A DNA stretch of 64,000 nucleotides, taken from IMG/VR virus record IMGVR_UViG_3300033052_000036, positions 5,671 to 69,670 of that record, one strand, 5' to 3'. This stretch comes from a virus. Under the pieces are notes generated by a model. It saw only the letters and a list, made by a program, of their open reading frames with translations. It was not told the DNA's origin and made no database searches. Shown in pieces: positions 63,189 through 64,000 of this stretch; the stretch's first letter is position 1, and every line of letters begins with the position of its first letter. Position numbers and translations under genes: made by a program.

Positions 63189-63516
63189 CAGCGCGACTCG
63201 TTCCCTTGAAAATACCGTGTTGAAGAAAGGATTTTCACGAACCGCGCTGTCTGGTGCCTGCTAGATTTGTTGATCGCGGCCGTGCGCACAAAGCAGCGCT
63301 TGCCATTCTCTTGATAAGGTACGGTCAACTACTTCCCAACTACCCTGCGGCGCTAAACCCGCAGTCCGTCCGCGATCAACAAGACAGGGCGGTCCCTCTC
63401 TTGTTGCGACTGGCGCGCGCCAATCGTCGGCGAACCCGCCAGCTCGTGTGTGGAACACCCGGCCGGCGGATCTCGTGGCGCCCAGACCTATCTGGAAAGT
63501 GGCGCCCGGTATTGCT

Positions 63517-63593
63517 TGGCGGGGGAAGCAGGGATCGAACCTGCGCATGCCGGAGTCAAATTCCGGTGCCTTAACCAACTTGGCGACTCCCCT
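63517..63593 (-). tRNA. tRNA-Gln (anticodon UUG), CCA encoded
   Basis: AGGGGAG/TTCCCCC acceptor with 1-72 mismatch, GCC-AAGTTGGTTAA-GGC D arm, CCGGA-ATTTGAC-TCCGG anticodon arm, GCAGG-TTCGATC-CCTGC T arm. Confidence 0.95.
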
Positions 63594-63710
63594 CCTTTCG
63601 CTAGACCCACTTTTGCAATCTATCGAATTGAGGCGAATTTTACGGGCAAGTGTGCACGTTTTCCCAGGACTAAAATGCGCAAGTTTTCTTGCACACTGAA
63701 AACATTCTAT

Positions 63711-63764
63711 AAATCAACGACTTAGCAAATCCACATGTGGGTTTGCAAAATCCACATGTGGATT
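63711..63764. promoter_or_regulatory. IHF box followed by two tandem palindromes
   Basis: AATCAACGACTTA (IHF consensus), GCAAATCCACATGTGGGTTTGC (63725-63746) and perfect AATCCACATGTGGATT (63749-63764). Confidence 0.75.
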
Positions 63765-63813
63765 GCAAACCTGCTTACCGTGCTAACGCCTGGGCATTCC
63801 CTCACTTTTTTTG

Positions 63814-63849
63814 ATACTTGAATAACTCAAGCATGATTAATTCAAGTAT
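63814..63849. repeat. Inverted repeat, 10-bp arms with 16-bp spacer (candidate operator)
   Basis: ATACTTGAAT...ATTCAAGTAT upstream of the divergent ORF at 63902. Confidence 0.65.
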
Positions 63850-63901
63850 TATGTTGGCTAGTAGCATGAGTGCAATGCCGCCTCGACAATGAGGGGGAGT
63901 G

Positions 63902-64000
63902 ATGAACCAACTAAGCGAAGGGACCGACGTGACACCACGAGTCAGTCAGGAAATGAGGAATGCCCAAGCGCTGCTCTGGGCTGGCAAGACCGGCTATGCA
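63902..64000 (+). CDS. 5' end of a divergent gene, truncated by the window edge
   Basis: GAGGGGGAG RBS, then MNQLSEGTDVTPRVSQEMRNAQALLWAGKTGYA, open to the window end. Confidence 0.5.
   Translation, partial: MNQLSEGTDVTPRVSQEMRNAQALLWAGKTGYA

Larger units (their letters stand above)
1..64000. mobile_element. Temperate podovirus-like phage, probably a phage-plasmid; both ends lie outside the window
   Basis: Contiguous terminase-portal-scaffold-capsid-tail-lysis-ejection modules plus parAB and hns. No host housekeeping genes, integrase or att junction seen. Confidence 0.9.

Noticed and set aside
63480-63516. Possible theta (HDV-like) ribozyme directly after the tRNA
   Set aside because: The trailer starts with A rather than G, and no P1.1/P3/L3 or catalytic-C topology could be built.
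63261-63578. 105-aa ORF MVKAPEFDSGMRRFDPCF...
   Set aside because: Translation of the tRNA-Gln sequence and its trailer; not a protein.
1-64000. CRISPR array, diversity-generating retroelement, retron, integrase/att site
   Set aside because: No regularly spaced repeat-spacer units, no reverse transcriptase motifs, no TR/VR pair and no tyrosine or serine recombinase seen in the window.

Overview
The whole window is phage DNA (GC-rich, probably a Burkholderiales-type host). It most likely belongs to a temperate podovirus-like phage-plasmid: type Ia parAB and an H-NS homologue are present, and no integrase or rep gene lies inside the window. From 1-8.4 kb (+ strand) it carries an SbcC-like ATPase, small early genes, parAB, an ORF-free structured region, three hypothetical genes and hns. 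From 8.5-62.8 kb (- strand) it carries terminase, portal, scaffold, N4-gp56-type capsid, adaptors, tail fibres, a holin/SAR-endolysin/Rz-Rz1 cassette, tail tube, a cupin-SET fusion, ejection proteins and two giant polyvalent proteins (2593 aa and 4172 aa). From 62.9-63.6 kb (- strand) there is a non-coding RNA locus with tRNA-Gln(UUG), a full-consensus type I hammerhead ribozyme and other folded modules. Most notable: (i) a TGT/DpdA-like base-exchange domain beside a C5-cytosine methyltransferase in a putative ejected protein, with an N6-adenine MTase/SNF2/JAB/ART protein alongside; (ii) the tRNA-hammerhead RNA locus; (iii) small genes nested out of frame inside the 4172-aa gene, with their own promoter-like boxes; (iv) a SET-domain methyltransferase where podoviruses often carry a GNAT; (v) repeated IHF-box-plus-palindrome sites. 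All domain calls come from motif recognition by eye; no database search was run.
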